Shown here piece by piece: positions 1 through 8,883 of a stretch of 64,000 nt of DNA (position 1 is its first letter; each line of letters opens with the position of its first letter). The stretch comes from Alphaproteobacteria bacterium (lineage in GTDB: Bacteria > Pseudomonadota > Alphaproteobacteria > Rs-D84), in assembly GCA_033345155.1 (NCBI GenBank), contig JAWPOG010000045.1:5795-69794 (forward strand), given 5' to 3'. A program made the translations under genes and the position numbers. The notes beneath the pieces were generated by a model. It had not been told where the DNA came from. It saw only the letters and a program-made list of their open reading frames with translations, and searched no databases.

Positions 1-4
1 AAAC

Positions 5-1993
5 ATGGCAAAAAAATATTTAATTACATCTGCATTACCATACGTGAACAATAATTTACATATTGGTCATTTGATTGGTTGTTTGCTGCCAAGTGATGTT
101 TATGCACGTTTTTGTCGTGCAATGGGGCGTGATGTGTTGGTTGTGGCGGGGTCTGACGAACATGGTACCGCCAGTGAAATTGGTGCGTACAAAGAAAATA
201 TGCCTGTGGAAGATTATGTTGAAAAATATCGTGCGTATCAGTTGCAATCTGTCAAAGATTTTAATTTGTCTTTTGATTTATACGGTCGCACACACACAAA
301 AACACATGAAAAATTGATTCAAAGTTTATTCTTGCGCCTGCAAGAACAAGGTATGCTGGTTGAAAAAGTATCCATGCAACCATATTCCGTCAAAGAAGAA
401 AAATTCTTGGCGGACAGATTTGTTATCGGTACTTGTCCAAAGTGTGGATATGATCACGCATACGGAAACGAATGCGACAAATGTTTTGCGAGCTTGGAAC
501 CAGCACAATTGATAAATCCACACAGTGCTGTTGTACCAGATTCACCTGTGGAAATGCGTGAAACAAAGCACTTGTACTTTAAATACAGCGAAATGCAAGA
601 CGCATTACGCAAATGGATTGATTCACGTGTGGGATGGTCTAAAACTGCGTTAGCGATTGCGAATAAATGGCTGGACGAAGGGTTGCATGATGGCCCAATC
701 ACACGTGACTTAAAATGGGGAATTCCTGTCAACAAGCCTGGTTATGAAAACAAGGTTTTTTATGTATGGTTTGACGCACCGTGGGGTTATGTTTCAATTT
801 CACAAGACGCAAATAAAAACTGGGCAGATTGGTGGCATGGTGGTGATGATGTTCACTATGCTCAATTTATGGCCAAGGATAATGTGTCTTTCCATTCTAT
901 ATTCTTTCCTGCCCAAGAATTGGCGATGAACGACAACTGGAAAACAGTTGATACATTAAAAGGTTTTAATTTCTTAAACTTTGAAGGCGGCAAGGTTTCT
1001 AAATCAACAGGAAATGGGATTTTCTTGAATGAAGCGATTACAATTGCGCCGGCGGACACATGGCGTTATGCGCTGTTGGCCAGTGCGCCTGAAACAGACG
1101 ATACAGACTTTACTGTTTCCCGTTTTGCAGAAATTGTAAACAAGGATCTGAACGGTATGTTGGGAAATTTTGTCAGCCGTGTATGTAAACTGACCCAGAA
1201 AAATTTTGGAAACAATGTACCAAAATCTGGCGGCAAAAATTCAGGACTGGAATCACAAATAAATGAAAAAATATCAGAATTGACAAGTGCACTGGATGCA
1301 TGCGAATTCCGCAAATCTATTGCGGCACTGCGTGGGCTGTACGCAATTGGAAACGAATATATGACTAAAATGGAACCATGGGCGTTGGTAAAAAATGGTG
1401 AAACGGAAAAAGCAGGTGCGGTATTAAACGAATGTTTTCAGATGATTGATTTGTTTGCGCGTGTGTCTGCGCCATTTATCCCAGACGCGGCTGAAAAAAT
1501 GAAAAATATTTTCAAGTCCACACATGATTTGTCATGGCCAAAATCATACGAACATCGCATAGATGATGGCGCAGAATTCATTGTTCCTGAAAACTTGTTC
1601 AATCGCATTGATGATGAAACTGTCACAATGCTGGTTGAAAAATATACGGCAAAAAAAGAGGACATTTCTCCAAAACCAATTATCGCAGAAATTGTCGCCC
1701 TAGAAAATCATCCAACACGTGAAGATTTGCATGTGTTAAATGTAAATTATGGTGGTGATAAAAATGTACAGATTGTATGCGGAGCACCAAATGTACGCGT
1801 TGGTCTGCGTGGCGTATTGGCACCGGTTGGGGCAAAGTTACCAACATCAAAAAAACCAATGGCACAAAGAACGGTTGCGGGTGTTGAATCATTCGGTATG
1901 ATGTGCAGCGCACCGGAACTGGGGCTGTCTGGGGACGGTAAAAATATTATTGAATTGGGTGACGAATATAAAATCGGCGAAGAATATAAATAA
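5..1993 (+). CDS. metG: Methionine--tRNA ligase with C-terminal OB-fold tRNA-binding domain
   Basis: LITSALPYVN, HIGH motif, CPKC/CDKC zinc knuckle, YVWFDAP, KVSKS (KMSKS variant). Confidence 0.97.
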   Translation: MAKKYLITSALPYVNNNLHIGHLIGCLLPSDVYARFCRAMGRDVLVVAGSDEHGTASEIGAYKENMPVEDYVEKYRAYQLQSVKDFNLSFDLYGRTHTKTHEKLIQSLFLRLQEQGMLVEKVSMQPYSVKEEKFLADRFVIGTCPKCGYDHAYGNECDKCFASLEPAQLINPHSAVVPDSPVEMRETKHLYFKYSEMQDALRKWIDSRVGWSKTALAIANKWLDEGLHDGPITRDLKWGIPVNKPGYENKVFYVWFDAPWGYVSISQDANKNWADWWHGGDDVHYAQFMAKDNVSFHSIFFPAQELAMNDNWKTVDTLKGFNFLNFEGGKVSKSTGNGIFLNEAITIAPADTWRYALLASAPETDDTDFTVSRFAEIVNKDLNGMLGNFVSRVCKLTQKNFGNNVPKSGGKNSGLESQINEKISELTSALDACEFRKSIAALRGLYAIGNEYMTKMEPWALVKNGETEKAGAVLNECFQMIDLFARVSAPFIPDAAEKMKNIFKSTHDLSWPKSYEHRIDDGAEFIVPENLFNRIDDETVTMLVEKYTAKKEDISPKPIIAEIVALENHPTREDLHVLNVNYGGDKNVQIVCGAPNVRVGLRGVLAPVGAKLPTSKKPMAQRTVAGVESFGMMCSAPELGLSGDGKNIIELGDEYKIGEEYK

Positions 1994-1994
1994 T

Positions 1995-3041
1995 ATGTCA
2001 GATATGCGTGTTGTTTTATTGTCTTGTTGCGCGCCATGTTCGTCGGGTGCAATAAAACAATTGGCAGAACATAAAATAGACGGCGTGTCTGACTTTATTG
2101 TTTTGTTTTACAATCCAAATATTTTTCCAGAATCTGAATATACAAAACGTATGAACGAGCAAATAAAGTACTGTGAACAGTTGGGTGTAAAATATGCTGT
2201 TCTGGAATATGACCATGACGCATGGCGTGATGCCGTTCGTGGGTTTGAGAACGCACCCGAACGCGGGGCGCGTTGCAGTCTGTGTTTTGAATACAGATTT
2301 CGTCGCGCGGAAAAATTTGCACGTGAAAACGGTTATAACGCGATTGCATCTGTATTGGGTGTGTCGCGTCATAAAAGTCAAACTCAGGTTGATAACGCCG
2401 CACAAAATGTTTTAAGACAAGATGTAAACGCAAAAAATTATCACGCAAAAAGATATACAAATAGGGCGTTGGCACAATCAAAATATCTTAAAAAAAATAT
2501 GACAGAGGCCGAGCGCTTATTATGGCATTATTTACGTGCAAGAAAGGATTTTTCTTTTAGAAAGCAAGCGCCGATTGGAAATTATGTTGTTGATTTTTTG
2601 TGTGTTAAAAAGAAACTAGTGATAGAATTGGATGCTGCACAACACGGCGATAAAGATAATTTTTTGCATGATATAGAACGGGACGCGTATTTAGAAAAGA
2701 ATGGTTATCGTGTTTTAAGATTTTGGAATGACGAGGTTTGTCGAGATATAAAAAAAGTGTTGAATACAATTGATGTGTTTGTGAACGACAATTGTTCAAG
2801 CCACCCCCTGTCGTCACAGTGTGTGCCGACATCCCCCGCCAAGGGCGGTGGAAATTTTATTGGCGGCCTTTCAGAATGCCCACCGCCCTTGGCGGGGGGT
2901 GGCCACGACAGTGGTCGGGGGGTGGCTGTTGAATATATGCCAATTAAATGGGATGAAAATTTACGCATTCAGATAAATCGTGCGTCAGACTTTTATCGTC
3001 AGAATTATTGTGGCTGTGAATTCAGTATCAGAAAGATATAA
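1995..3041 (+). CDS. queH: Epoxyqueuosine reductase QueH (DUF208) carrying an in-frame ~168-aa insertion
   Basis: LLSCCAPCS, FYNPNIFP, PERGARCSLC and C-terminal YRQNYCGCEFS; ATG one base after the metG stop. Confidence 0.9.
   Translation: MSDMRVVLLSCCAPCSSGAIKQLAEHKIDGVSDFIVLFYNPNIFPESEYTKRMNEQIKYCEQLGVKYAVLEYDHDAWRDAVRGFENAPERGARCSLCFEYRFRRAEKFARENGYNAIASVLGVSRHKSQTQVDNAAQNVLRQDVNAKNYHAKRYTNRALAQSKYLKKNMTEAERLLWHYLRARKDFSFRKQAPIGNYVVDFLCVKKKLVIELDAAQHGDKDNFLHDIERDAYLEKNGYRVLRFWNDEVCRDIKKVLNTIDVFVNDNCSSHPLSSQCVPTSPAKGGGNFIGGLSECPPPLAGGGHDSGRGVAVEYMPIKWDENLRIQINRASDFYRQNYCGCEFSIRKI
2424..2927 (+). mobile_element. In-frame insertion in queH: DUF559 (Vsr-like) endonuclease domain plus translated palindromic repeat doublet
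   Basis: AT-rich segment encoding LKKNMTEAERLLW..FRKQAPIGNYVVDF..LVIELDAAQH..GYRVLRFWNDEV, followed by GC-rich inverted repeats; boundaries approximate. Confidence 0.8.
2799..2927. repeat. Inverted REP-like doublet (REPIN-like)
   Basis: CCCCCGCCAAGGGCGGTGG (2833-2851) is the exact reverse complement of 2880-2898; AGCCACCCCC (2799-2808) pairs with 2918-2927. Confidence 0.9.
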
Positions 3042-3069
3042 AAAAATCCGGCATTTGCCGGTATTTTTT
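3040..3069. terminator. Bidirectional intrinsic terminator
   Basis: A-tract, CCGGCA-TT-TGCCGG, T-tract between convergent genes. Confidence 0.75.
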
Positions 3070-3502
3070 ATTTTGTTTTTTGATATACATCTGAGAATAA
3101 AACAGTCCCGACTGTCTCGCAAACCATTTTATCAAGACATTTTCCAGATTTTATATTTTCTGCACACAGTTCTTCTTTGCCACGCTGTGACATACCGGCT
3201 GTTTTTTTCTGGCATTTCATACATTTGCCAATTTCCAAATTTAATACCAGTTCATTTGTATAACTTTTTTCATTGAATTTTACCCATTGTGCCGCTTTTG
3301 AAGAATAAGATGCACTAAGAACCTTTGGACATGATTTTTGTGGTGTTGGATATTGTGCCACTAATTGAACCAGTTCTTGTGCTGTTTGTTGTGTGATATT
3401 TTCGCACAGTGATATTTTGCCCATCAGAAAAGAAAAATCGGCGTCCATAACAACCGTTACATTTTTTTGACGGTTTATATCTAATTCGTCATTATCAATC
3501 AT
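3068..3502 (-). CDS. Hypothetical protein with Cys-containing C-terminus
   Basis: 144-aa ORF with AAGGG RBS-like site, filling the space between terminator and fabD promoter region. Confidence 0.7.
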   Translation of the reverse strand: MIDNDELDINRQKNVTVVMDADFSFLMGKISLCENITQQTAQELVQLVAQYPTPQKSCPKVLSASYSSKAAQWVKFNEKSYTNELVLNLEIGKCMKCQKKTAGMSQRGKEELCAENIKSGKCLDKMVCETVGTVLFSDVYQKTK

Positions 3503-3579
3503 ACCTGACCCTTTTATTATTGTTGTAATAATAGTATATAGGCAAATAAAGTAAAGTCAAGGCCACCCCACTTCCCGCC

Positions 3580-3614
3580 AACCACTAACCACTAACCACT
3601 AACCACTAACCACT
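3580..3614. repeat. Heptamer tandem repeat (AACCACT)x5
   Basis: Five exact copies read directly, in the divergent intergenic region upstream of fabD. Confidence 0.95.
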
Positions 3615-3678
3615 TTATTATTTGCGATTGGTTTTTTTAGGGTTTATAATATAACCAGCAAAATAAAAAAGGTTATAT

Positions 3679-4554
3679 ATGTCATCAATTTTTGTATTCC
3701 CAGGTCAAGGCGCACAAAGCGTCGGTATGGGTAAAGATTTATATGAAAATAACGCTGCCGCACGTGCCGTTTTTGATGAGGTTGATTCTGCACTGGGCGA
3801 AAAGTTATCGGATATCATTTTTAATGGCCCATCCGAAGAATTAACCCTGACCGCAAATGTTCAGCCGGCAATTATGGCGACATCGATTGCGATGTTGCGT
3901 GCCAGTGGTGTATCACTGCCAGAATTTGTCGCGGGTCATTCCCTGGGTGAATATACCGCGCTGTGTGCGGCTGGTGCGTTGTCGGTGGGTGACGCGGCAA
4001 GATTGTTGCGTGTGCGTGGTAATGCGATGCAATCTGCGGCGCCAGCGGGCACAGGTCTGACGGCTGTTGTTATGGGGCTGGATATTGATGTGGTGCGTGA
4101 AATCTGTGCGGCCACAGATTGTGATGTTGCCAACGACAATTGCCCAGGCCAGGTTGTTATTTCTGGGTTAAAAGAAACTGTCGAAAAAACAATGGATTTG
4201 GCAAAGTCTCGTGGGGCCAAACGTGCAATGCCATTGGCGCTGTCTGTTCCGGTTCATTGTCGGGTGCAATCGCCCGCAGCGGATGCGATGCGCGCCGCCC
4301 TGGATTCGGTTGAATTTAACACACCAATTGTACCAATCGTTTTAAATAAAACTTGTGCCCCAACAACCGATATTGATGAAATCAAAGACGCGCTGGTCTA
4401 TCAGATGACGCATGGTGTGCGTTGGCGCGAAAGTGTTTTAAATATGGCAAATTTAGGTGTAACAGAACAAATCGAAGTGGGCCCAGGTTCCGTTTTAACA
4501 GGCCTGTGTTCCCGTATCACAGATAAAATAACCGCTAAGAAATTGGAGATATAA
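3679..4554 (+). CDS. fabD: Malonyl-CoA:ACP transacylase
   Basis: FVFPGQGAQ, GHSLGEY, VRWRE motifs. Confidence 0.97.
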   Translation: MSSIFVFPGQGAQSVGMGKDLYENNAAARAVFDEVDSALGEKLSDIIFNGPSEELTLTANVQPAIMATSIAMLRASGVSLPEFVAGHSLGEYTALCAAGALSVGDAARLLRVRGNAMQSAAPAGTGLTAVVMGLDIDVVREICAATDCDVANDNCPGQVVISGLKETVEKTMDLAKSRGAKRAMPLALSVPVHCRVQSPAADAMRAALDSVEFNTPIVPIVLNKTCAPTTDIDEIKDALVYQMTHGVRWRESVLNMANLGVTEQIEVGPGSVLTGLCSRITDKITAKKLEI

Positions 4555-4555
4555 G

Positions 4556-5284
4556 ATGTTTGATTTAACAGGCAAAGTTGCTTTGATTACAGGTGCAACT
4601 GGTGGTATCGGTGGTGCGATTGCGCACAAGATGAAACAGGCCGGTGCGACTGTTGTTGTGTCTGGCCGTAATGTCGCAAAAATGGACGCTGAATTTGGTG
4701 ATGAATACATTAAAATTCCATGCGACTTGGCGGCGGACGGCGGTGCGGTTGAATTGGTTATGAACACAATTGAACGGGCGGGCAAAATCGATATTCTGAT
4801 TAACAACGCGGGCATTACACGCGACACCTTGTTAATGCGCATGACCGACGATCAGTTTGACGAAGTTATCAACACCAACCTGCGTTCTTGTTTCAAGATG
4901 TGCCGTGTGGCAATTATGCCCATGATGAAGAATCGCTTTGGTCGTATTATCAACATGGCATCAATCATTGGCGCAATCGGTGGCCCAGGCCAGGCAAACT
5001 ATGCCGCATCCAAGGGTGGCATGATTGCAATGACAAAATCGATTGCGGCCGAGGTTGCATCTCGTGGCATTACCGCCAACGCGATTGCACCGGGTTTTAT
5101 CAAAACACCAATGACAGATGTCTTGCCAGACGAATTAAAAAAATCGTATTTGGCGCAGATTCCAGCAGGCCGTTTTGGCGAACCAGATGATATTGCGAAC
5201 GCATGTGTGTTTCTGGCATCCGACGAAGCGTCGTACATCAACGGCCAAACCCTGCATGTTAACGGGGGAATGGGAAGATTCTAA
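4556..5284 (+). CDS. fabG: 3-oxoacyl-ACP reductase
   Basis: TGATGGIG, NNAGITRD, NYAASKGG; directly after fabD. Confidence 0.96.
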   Translation: MFDLTGKVALITGATGGIGGAIAHKMKQAGATVVVSGRNVAKMDAEFGDEYIKIPCDLAADGGAVELVMNTIERAGKIDILINNAGITRDTLLMRMTDDQFDEVINTNLRSCFKMCRVAIMPMMKNRFGRIINMASIIGAIGGPGQANYAASKGGMIAMTKSIAAEVASRGITANAIAPGFIKTPMTDVLPDELKKSYLAQIPAGRFGEPDDIANACVFLASDEASYINGQTLHVNGGMGRF

Positions 5285-5464
5285 AACGCAACGCGTTTTA
5301 GAATCAAAATTGCCCTGGCAATTTTAAAGCCACGGATGAGCGGAACGCGAACGCAGTGGCGTGTCATTCCGACGCAGGTCGGAATCCAGGTAAATAGGTT
5401 GCGACGCAGTCGCCCAAAATGATATGTACCATAAGATAAAACGCAACGCGTTTTAGAATCAAAA
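5277..5464. repeat. Cluster of palindromes bounded by a 28-bp direct repeat
   Basis: TAAAACGCAACGCGTTTTAGAATCAAAA at 5282-5309 and 5437-5464; internal GTCATTCCGACGCAGGTCGGAATCC at 5363-5387. Confidence 0.85.
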
Positions 5465-5474
5465 CGAATAAAAA

Positions 5475-7118
5475 ATGAAACATTATGATGTGATTGTTAT
5501 TGGTGGTGGGCATGCAGGGGTTGAAGCCGCATCTGCATCTGCACGTCGTGGTGCGAAAACCCTGTTGATAACAATGGCGGAATCGGATTTAGGCGCATTG
5601 TCTTGTAACCCCAGTATCGGCGGTCCCGGCAAATCCCAGATGGTTGCTGAAATGGATGCGCTGGGCGGTGTTATGCCGCGTGCCGCTGACCGCGCAGGGA
5701 TTCATTGGCGTACATTGAACGCAACACATGGTGCGGCGACGCGCGCCCTGCGTGCGCAAATCGACCGCGATTTATATCATAATGCGATTGTTGGTATTTT
5801 GTCGGAATATAAAAATCTGGATGTCATTTTTGAACCTGTTGAATCTGTGGATTTAGAAAACGCAATCGTTAACAACAAATATCATGCGCGCGCAGTTATC
5901 CTGACAACGGGAACATTTTTAAATGGCACGGTCACGCGTGGCGTGGAAAAAATCCCATCGGGGCGATTGATGGACGACGGCACATACCAAGACGCCGACA
6001 AAAACATATCAAATATTTTAAAGAACGCGGGCTTCAAGATTTTGCGCCTGAAAACAGGCACGCCTGCGCGCATCAAACGCGATTCGATTGATTTTTCTGT
6101 ATGTGAAATTCAGCCCGGCGACACCCCCCACGATTGGTTTTCCGACGGTGATGAAAACAATAATTATGACGCGGTCTGCTATATCACACATACAACCAAA
6201 ATCACGCACCAGATAATTCGTGATAACATAAAAAACGCACCAATGTATAATGGAGACATTACCGGCACTGGCCCGCGCTATTGCCCGAGTTTAGAAGACA
6301 AGGTTATGCGATTTCCAGAACACACATCGCACCATGTCTTCTTGGAACCCGAAGGTTATAACAGTGATTTAATATATCCAAATGGTATATCAACCAGTTT
6401 TGGCAGCGATATCCAAGACATCTGGATTCGCTCAATCCCGGGCTTGGAAAATTGCGAAATTGTGCGCTATGGATACGCGATTGAATACGATGCGATTGAC
6501 GCGCGCGCCCTGAACGATAAATTGCAGGCCAAGGACCGCCCGCACCTGTTTTTTGCAGGTCAAATCAATGGCACATCCGGGTACGAAGAAGCAGCGGCCC
6601 AGGGTCTGGTTGCGGGCGCAAATGCCGCGGCGTATGCATTAAATACAGAACCACTGATTCTGGACCGAACAAATTCAATGATTGGTGTTTTGATTGACGA
6701 CATAACAACATTGGGTGTGGACGAACCGTATCGCATGTTCACATCGCGTGCAGAATATCGTCTGTCATTGCGTTGCGATAATGCGATTGCGCGATTGGGG
6801 AAAATCGGTGTGAAACTGGGGCTGACAACAAATGCGTGGTATGAAAAAATATTCAATTTGAAAAAAGAAATTATTGCCGAAAACGATAAATTCTATGCGG
6901 GCTATATCGCGCGCAATGAACGTGAAATCGCCGCGTATAAACGGGACGCGGCATTAAAGATACCGTCTGATTTTGTGTATTCGGGCCTGCCGGGGCTGAC
7001 AAATGAATTGGTTGAAAAATTAACGGCAACGCGCCCGGAAAACATTGCCGACCTGACGCGCATACCGGGCATGACCCCCGCCGGGATTATGGTGGTGCTG
7101 CGCAAAATCAAGGCATAA
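5475..7118 (+). CDS. mnmG: tRNA uridine 5-carboxymethylaminomethyl modification enzyme MnmG (GidA), compact form
   Basis: GGGHAG, SCNPSIGG, RLKTGTPAR, GPRYCPSLEDK, GQINGTSGYEEAAAQG, EPYRMFTSRAEYRL. Confidence 0.97.
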   Translation: MKHYDVIVIGGGHAGVEAASASARRGAKTLLITMAESDLGALSCNPSIGGPGKSQMVAEMDALGGVMPRAADRAGIHWRTLNATHGAATRALRAQIDRDLYHNAIVGILSEYKNLDVIFEPVESVDLENAIVNNKYHARAVILTTGTFLNGTVTRGVEKIPSGRLMDDGTYQDADKNISNILKNAGFKILRLKTGTPARIKRDSIDFSVCEIQPGDTPHDWFSDGDENNNYDAVCYITHTTKITHQIIRDNIKNAPMYNGDITGTGPRYCPSLEDKVMRFPEHTSHHVFLEPEGYNSDLIYPNGISTSFGSDIQDIWIRSIPGLENCEIVRYGYAIEYDAIDARALNDKLQAKDRPHLFFAGQINGTSGYEEAAAQGLVAGANAAAYALNTEPLILDRTNSMIGVLIDDITTLGVDEPYRMFTSRAEYRLSLRCDNAIARLGKIGVKLGLTTNAWYEKIFNLKKEIIAENDKFYAGYIARNEREIAAYKRDAALKIPSDFVYSGLPGLTNELVEKLTATRPENIADLTRIPGMTPAGIMVVLRKIKA

Positions 7119-7130
7119 AAATCACAGCCC

Positions 7131-7210
7131 TTTTTGTCATTCCCGCGTTCGGGGTACGAAAATTTCTTTTGATTTTTTGTCATTCCCGCGCAGGCGGGAA
7201 TAGGGTCTAA
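7131..7210 (+). repeat. REP/RPE/dRS3-like palindromic repeats: half copy 7131-7147 and full copy 7176-7210
   Basis: TTTTTGTCATTCCCGCG and TTTGTCATTCCCGCGCAGGCGGGAATAGGGTCTAA. Confidence 0.92.
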
Positions 7211-7242
7211 AAAATTTATCTATTGTTTTTTTACTGATAGTT

Positions 7243-8097
7243 TTATTCAAACCCCAACAATGTAAACACACCACCGACAGCCAGTATCATCAAAACCCAT
7301 ACAACAATCGGCCCCCATGGGTCGCGGAATAAAAAGCCAACAGTCTTGCCGACAACTTCGGATTCTGCAATCGTTTTTCCCGTATTCTTGGTGCCACGAC
7401 CAATTTTATAAAAAAATCTATCGATTGCGTTTTCTGGAATTTGTTTGTTATTTGTTATAGATTTTTTGATTTGCTTATCCGTATTTAAAACAAGGTCCAA
7501 CATATAAATCCGTTTTAACAATTCTGTTGTTTTTGTTTTATCTTCTTTGTTCTTGTTTTTTGATTTTAGAATTTTTACAAATTCTGATAACGCATCATCA
7601 GAAATTTGTTTTGGTATCGACTGCTTATTTGAATACTTATCACTTTTAACCAATTCGTCATCTGTCATACTGCGCATAAAATCTACAAATAATTTCAACG
7701 TGCGTTCTTGCTTCAATTCAATGCCCGGATGAAATTTTTGCCAACTTTTTGCCAATGTGTATCTAAATATTTTATAAATACTGTCATAATCCGTATCATC
7801 AACATGTGAGAAAATTGTATGATATTTCTCAAATAATTCTCTTACATCAAAATAAAAAGTTTTTTCTCCGGCATTTGTATTAACTCTTAATAAATCAACT
7901 GGCACAACCCTATCTCCAATATTTACTTTAATTAACCGTTGTTCCAATAGCTCAAATTCTGGGTATAATTTAGCGATATATATTTTCTCTTCTTTAACAC
8001 TTGATACTTTTATAAGTGGTTGATTTGGACCAAGTGTATACGTTGTGTTATCTTCTGTTAAATCAATTTTGTTTGTTTTGGGATTAAATGAAACCAT
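7243..8097 (-). CDS. Hypothetical protein with C-terminal transmembrane anchor
   Basis: 284-aa AT-rich ORF, AAGGA RBS, hydrophobic tail PWGPIVVWVLMILAVGGVFTLLG. Confidence 0.75.
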   Translation of the reverse strand: MVSFNPKTNKIDLTEDNTTYTLGPNQPLIKVSSVKEEKIYIAKLYPEFELLEQRLIKVNIGDRVVPVDLLRVNTNAGEKTFYFDVRELFEKYHTIFSHVDDTDYDSIYKIFRYTLAKSWQKFHPGIELKQERTLKLFVDFMRSMTDDELVKSDKYSNKQSIPKQISDDALSEFVKILKSKNKNKEDKTKTTELLKRIYMLDLVLNTDKQIKKSITNNKQIPENAIDRFFYKIGRGTKNTGKTIAESEVVGKTVGFLFRDPWGPIVVWVLMILAVGGVFTLLGFE

Positions 8098-8112
8098 TGT
8101 TTTGTCCTTGTG

Positions 8113-8367
8113 TTAAAAAATATGAATAATTACAGCAGTTATTAGAATATAAAAACCAAGTAATCGCCAAGTTAAATGGCCAAACGTTATTTGAATCAAA
8201 AAATAAGGCAGTATTATATCAAAAATTTTTGATACAGGCATATGCTTATAAGATTCTAATATCCCCCCAACACTAATAATCAACGTGCCTGTCAATCCAA
8301 CTAAAAAGAAGGTCCACGCAAACTCTGCATTTACAATTGCCCAAAATAAAAGCGCATAAATTATCAT
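8113..8367 (-). CDS. Small hypothetical membrane protein
   Basis: 84-aa highly hydrophobic ORF, ATGA overlap with the upstream gene. Confidence 0.65.
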   Translation of the reverse strand: MIIYALLFWAIVNAEFAWTFFLVGLTGTLIISVGGILESYKHMPVSKIFDIILPYFLIQITFGHLTWRLLGFYILITAVIIHIF

Positions 8368-8651
8368 TTTGTGTCCTTTATATTACAGATTAAGTGGTAT
8401 AAATAGATTGCAGTTAAAACATTAAGTATTTGCCAAATATCTTTACTAAAATATACAGGGAACAAAGGATTATATAGTAAAACTATCATACAGGATATTA
8501 TATTTATTTTACTGACTTGTAAGTATTCTTTTATTATGTAATACGCCATACTTCCACAGATTGCTAAACGTAAAAACTGATAAAACCCATAAGGCATTGG
8601 AAATATTGCCAGTCCCAGTAATATGCAGCAAGTTATCAATAGTTTTTTCAT
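8364..8651 (-). CDS. DUF6804-like small membrane protein
   Basis: FPMPYGFYQFLR and LLYNPLFPVYFSKDIW motifs; GGAG RBS. Confidence 0.75.
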   Translation of the reverse strand: MKKLLITCCILLGLAIFPMPYGFYQFLRLAICGSMAYYIIKEYLQVSKINIISCMIVLLYNPLFPVYFSKDIWQILNVLTAIYLYHLICNIKDTK

Positions 8652-8659
8652 TATTATCT

Positions 8660-8880
8660 CCGAAAAAAATAACCGCCATGGAATTGGCGGTCGGGTGCTT
8701 TCAAAATCATACGATAAATGACCCTGCTGCTTTCGGGCAAGCCCTGTTATATAACAACAGACACCCGACCAACTTGGTCAGGCAATAACGGTGCGATGCA
8801 CCATAATGGAATCACGATGCAAACGCACCGTATCGTATGGGGTTTGAAAGCCCTGAATCCAATTCCCATCGGATTCATGT
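8660..8880 (-). ncRNA. Structured leader containing a c4/CI-like antisense RNA (core 8689-8770), its upstream target and a terminator
   Basis: Closing stem GGTCGGGTG/CACCCGACC; 8697-8716 complementary to 8831-8851; hairpin 8672-8691 followed by a U-tract just before the RBS. Confidence 0.6.
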
Positions 8881-8883
8881 CTG

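Noticed and set aside
2424-2927. Intein or self-splicing intron in queH
   Set aside because: No Cys/Ser start or His-Asn end at the junctions, no Hint blocks and no group I/II core; the frame is simply continuous.
5282-5464. Possible CRISPR mini-array (28-bp palindromic repeat containing GTTTTAGA)
   Set aside because: Only two copies, a 127-nt spacer full of other palindromes, and no cas genes in the window.
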